A model generated the notes under the pieces. That model made no database searches. It was given only the letters and a program-made list of their open reading frames with translations, and had not been told where the DNA came from. The position numbers and the translations under genes were made by a program. A DNA stretch of 64,000 nt from Calcarisporiella thermophila CBS 279.70 (Eukaryota > Fungi > Calcarisporiellomycota). The DNA is taken from the NCBI RefSeq assembly GCF_041956535.1, contig NW_027192192.1:995796-1059795 (forward strand), in the 5' to 3' direction. Of the stretch, positions 61,905 to 64,000 are shown piece by piece. Positions within the stretch are counted from its first letter, which is position 1; the number at the start of each line of letters is the position of its first letter.

Positions 61905-64000
61905 GTCTTGAGGAGGGGGGGGGGAGGGGGAGGTGAGGGCAGAATGGCAATTACCGATGGGAAAGGATATGAATGCGAGATATGCAATGGAATGTGAAGA
62001 GGTCCATCAAAATTCGATTTGTGCAGCGTCAACCGAATTCAATAAGGTTAATGTTTCTCTTTTTCTCTTTCAATACATTGTCTAGGATTTTCTTAGAAGT
62101 GAAAGAACAGGAGGAGGAAAAAAATAGGCAATTTGACGCATCCACCGTTAGAGGGACAAAAAATCTTTCGCCACATTACACGGCGAATAGACCTTGGTCA
62201 TGCTGGAGCGGATTGCTAAGCTCGCAAACCAAGCTGCAGAAATTTTGTAAGAACTCTAATGGGTTCCCAAGATGGCTGACCCTCGCAACCGGAGGTCCGC
62301 AAAGCTGGAGCTGGATCCCTCTTCCCTTCCCTCCCCAAGGGGGTCGAGGATGGAGAGATTCAGACTGAAGCTTGCCAAAGACTCTGGTGCAAGGGGGCTG
62401 GGCAATACCTCCGGGCTGACCCCTCTAGGGAAACCCGTCCGCCAGCGCGAGTGAACCGGTTCCTGCTCGGAACTGGTTGGGAGAATTCCGCCTTCCCGAT
62501 CTGTGTCTCGTTTGTTTGTATGTTTCAAAATTGAGATGGAGGATTTATTTACAGAAGAAGAGAAGTTTTGTGAATTGGGGCGTCACAGGCACACTTTTCC
62601 AAGTTTAGTCAATGGCTTTGTATGAGGTTGAGATGGTACGTCAGCGCGGGGGAGTGGGGGAGGGAGACTTTCAGAGAGTCTTACAGGCTGTCACTTGAGC
62701 CGCATCTGACGGCACCTAGATTTTCAAGTTGATGCACCAAGGCCGTTGGATAGTCCATGGTGGTCGTGTTCTGTGGAACTACTCTAGCCAAGGTAGAAAC
62801 CTTGTTAAAGTGGTTTCAAGGTTTGGCGGGCTCGACACGGCTGAATTCTCCTCTTCACCAGGTTTAACATGGATGGCCCGCCTTTGCCGCATTCTTCGTG
62901 ATTACGTTATGATGCAAGAGCGGTTTGTATTTGACAATGGAATTTACAAAAGGACTTTCTGTTCCCAATTCCTTTCCGCCCCGTGCAGCCTCCGCTTACA
63001 GCGCCATTTTGCGGCTGGCCGTATTCATGAATTTTAAAATGACGTGAACCTTAGCGGTTGCACACTTTTACGGAAATGTAGATGTCCAATTTTGTGCTTG
63101 GCCTCTTTGTGTGCGGATTCCTCTCTCAAAGGATAGGCCGCGCGATGTTGTCAAGCTCTCTGCGTTCTGGCCAAGGCTCAGATCAGTAGGACCTGTTCAC
63201 CAACCTAAATTCGGGGCCAAAAGATTCGCGAATGTTTAGGATCTGTTCATTTGGGGATGCGCCTCTCCCTATTGAACTGGGGTATGGCTGGGCTGGGAAG
63301 ATTTCCGCCCGGCCCAACCCCGCAGAGGATTTGCAAGACCGGTCTCCACTCTCTGCTCTACAGACGCCGTGAGGAGCCCGCCTCTTCAGAATAGCATAGG
63401 CCTTGAAAGGCGCCACCACCGTGGATGTGCTATGACGTTGCAAGGTCTGTTCCAAGGAGAGGTGTCTAGATGGGCCATCGTCTTCGGTGGTATTTCGGGG
63501 TTGGCCGCTCTCATTTTGCGTGTTGCAGTCTTCTTCCTCTTGGCGCCCATCCACGCGGGCAAAGGCCGCCCTCTCCCTGTGCGCAGGGTTTCCTTTGTTG
63601 CTGTGGTCGCAGCATGTCCGGCTTGGAAACGCCGTGAAGCCGGGCCGGCCAGGAGCAAAAGCGGCCGAAAGCTTGGGATCGGAAATGGCCTCGTTCGCGC
63701 CCCCTCCCTCCTCTCCCCCCATGCCCACGGAATCCTCCTTGGGCCCCCCGAGAGAGCGCGGGCTTTTCGGAGCATGCCCGAGCCACTGCCAGTGTTTTTT
63801 CGGCGGAATAGGCGAGGCCCAAATTGGGGTAGCCACGAGCACGGGGGCGCGGGAATCGACGGCCGAAGGCGGGAGGAGGAGGAGGCGGAGGAGGGGGAGA
63901 CGAGGGGCGGAAAAACGAAGATGCACAAGAAGAACACGGCGATCCAAGGCGGCACCGTGGGCGCACAGCTGGAGGGAGCCCCGCTGGCGAAGGATGGGGG

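Noticed and set aside
62350-62370. GATTCAGACTG as RNase P CR-V
   Set aside because: No complementary CR-I (GGAARGTCTGA) upstream to form P4.
63183-63966. Three overlapping - strand ORFs of 151-254 aa
   Set aside because: GC-rich promoter-like sequence open in all frames, with no recognisable domain.

Overview
Gene-dense, intron-rich nuclear DNA from a fungus, most likely early-diverging (Mucoromycota-like): short 50-110 nt introns with CTRAY-type branch points, fungal-specific ATP19/NUXM/Cdc24, and animal-like full-length KDM5, DJ-1, KIF22 and MFSD1. About 28 spliced protein-coding genes were reconstructed by hand: Sec7-PH ARF-GEF, SAM-HMG protein, KDM5, CYP450, ferrochelatase, complex I NUXM, SelW-like Rdx, DJ-1, ATP20, CFA synthase, cornichon, Cue3/ASCC2, ATP19, Nup84, kinesin-10, rhodanese, derlin, a class I methyltransferase, MFSD1, Cdc24 (spanning a 944-nt gap), Syn8, a sugar porter and several unknowns. 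No transposon, tRNA, rRNA or CRISPR was recognised. The best signals are non-coding. Two neighbouring chromatin genes have ~260-nt first introns that fold into long stems and hide stop-containing cassette exons. Derlin has an exact ERSE-II/UPRE element upstream. There are two candidate structured RNAs, a hidden 6-exon gene, and a presequence-bearing ORF with no in-frame AUG. All structures and splice models were derived by eye and are unvalidated.
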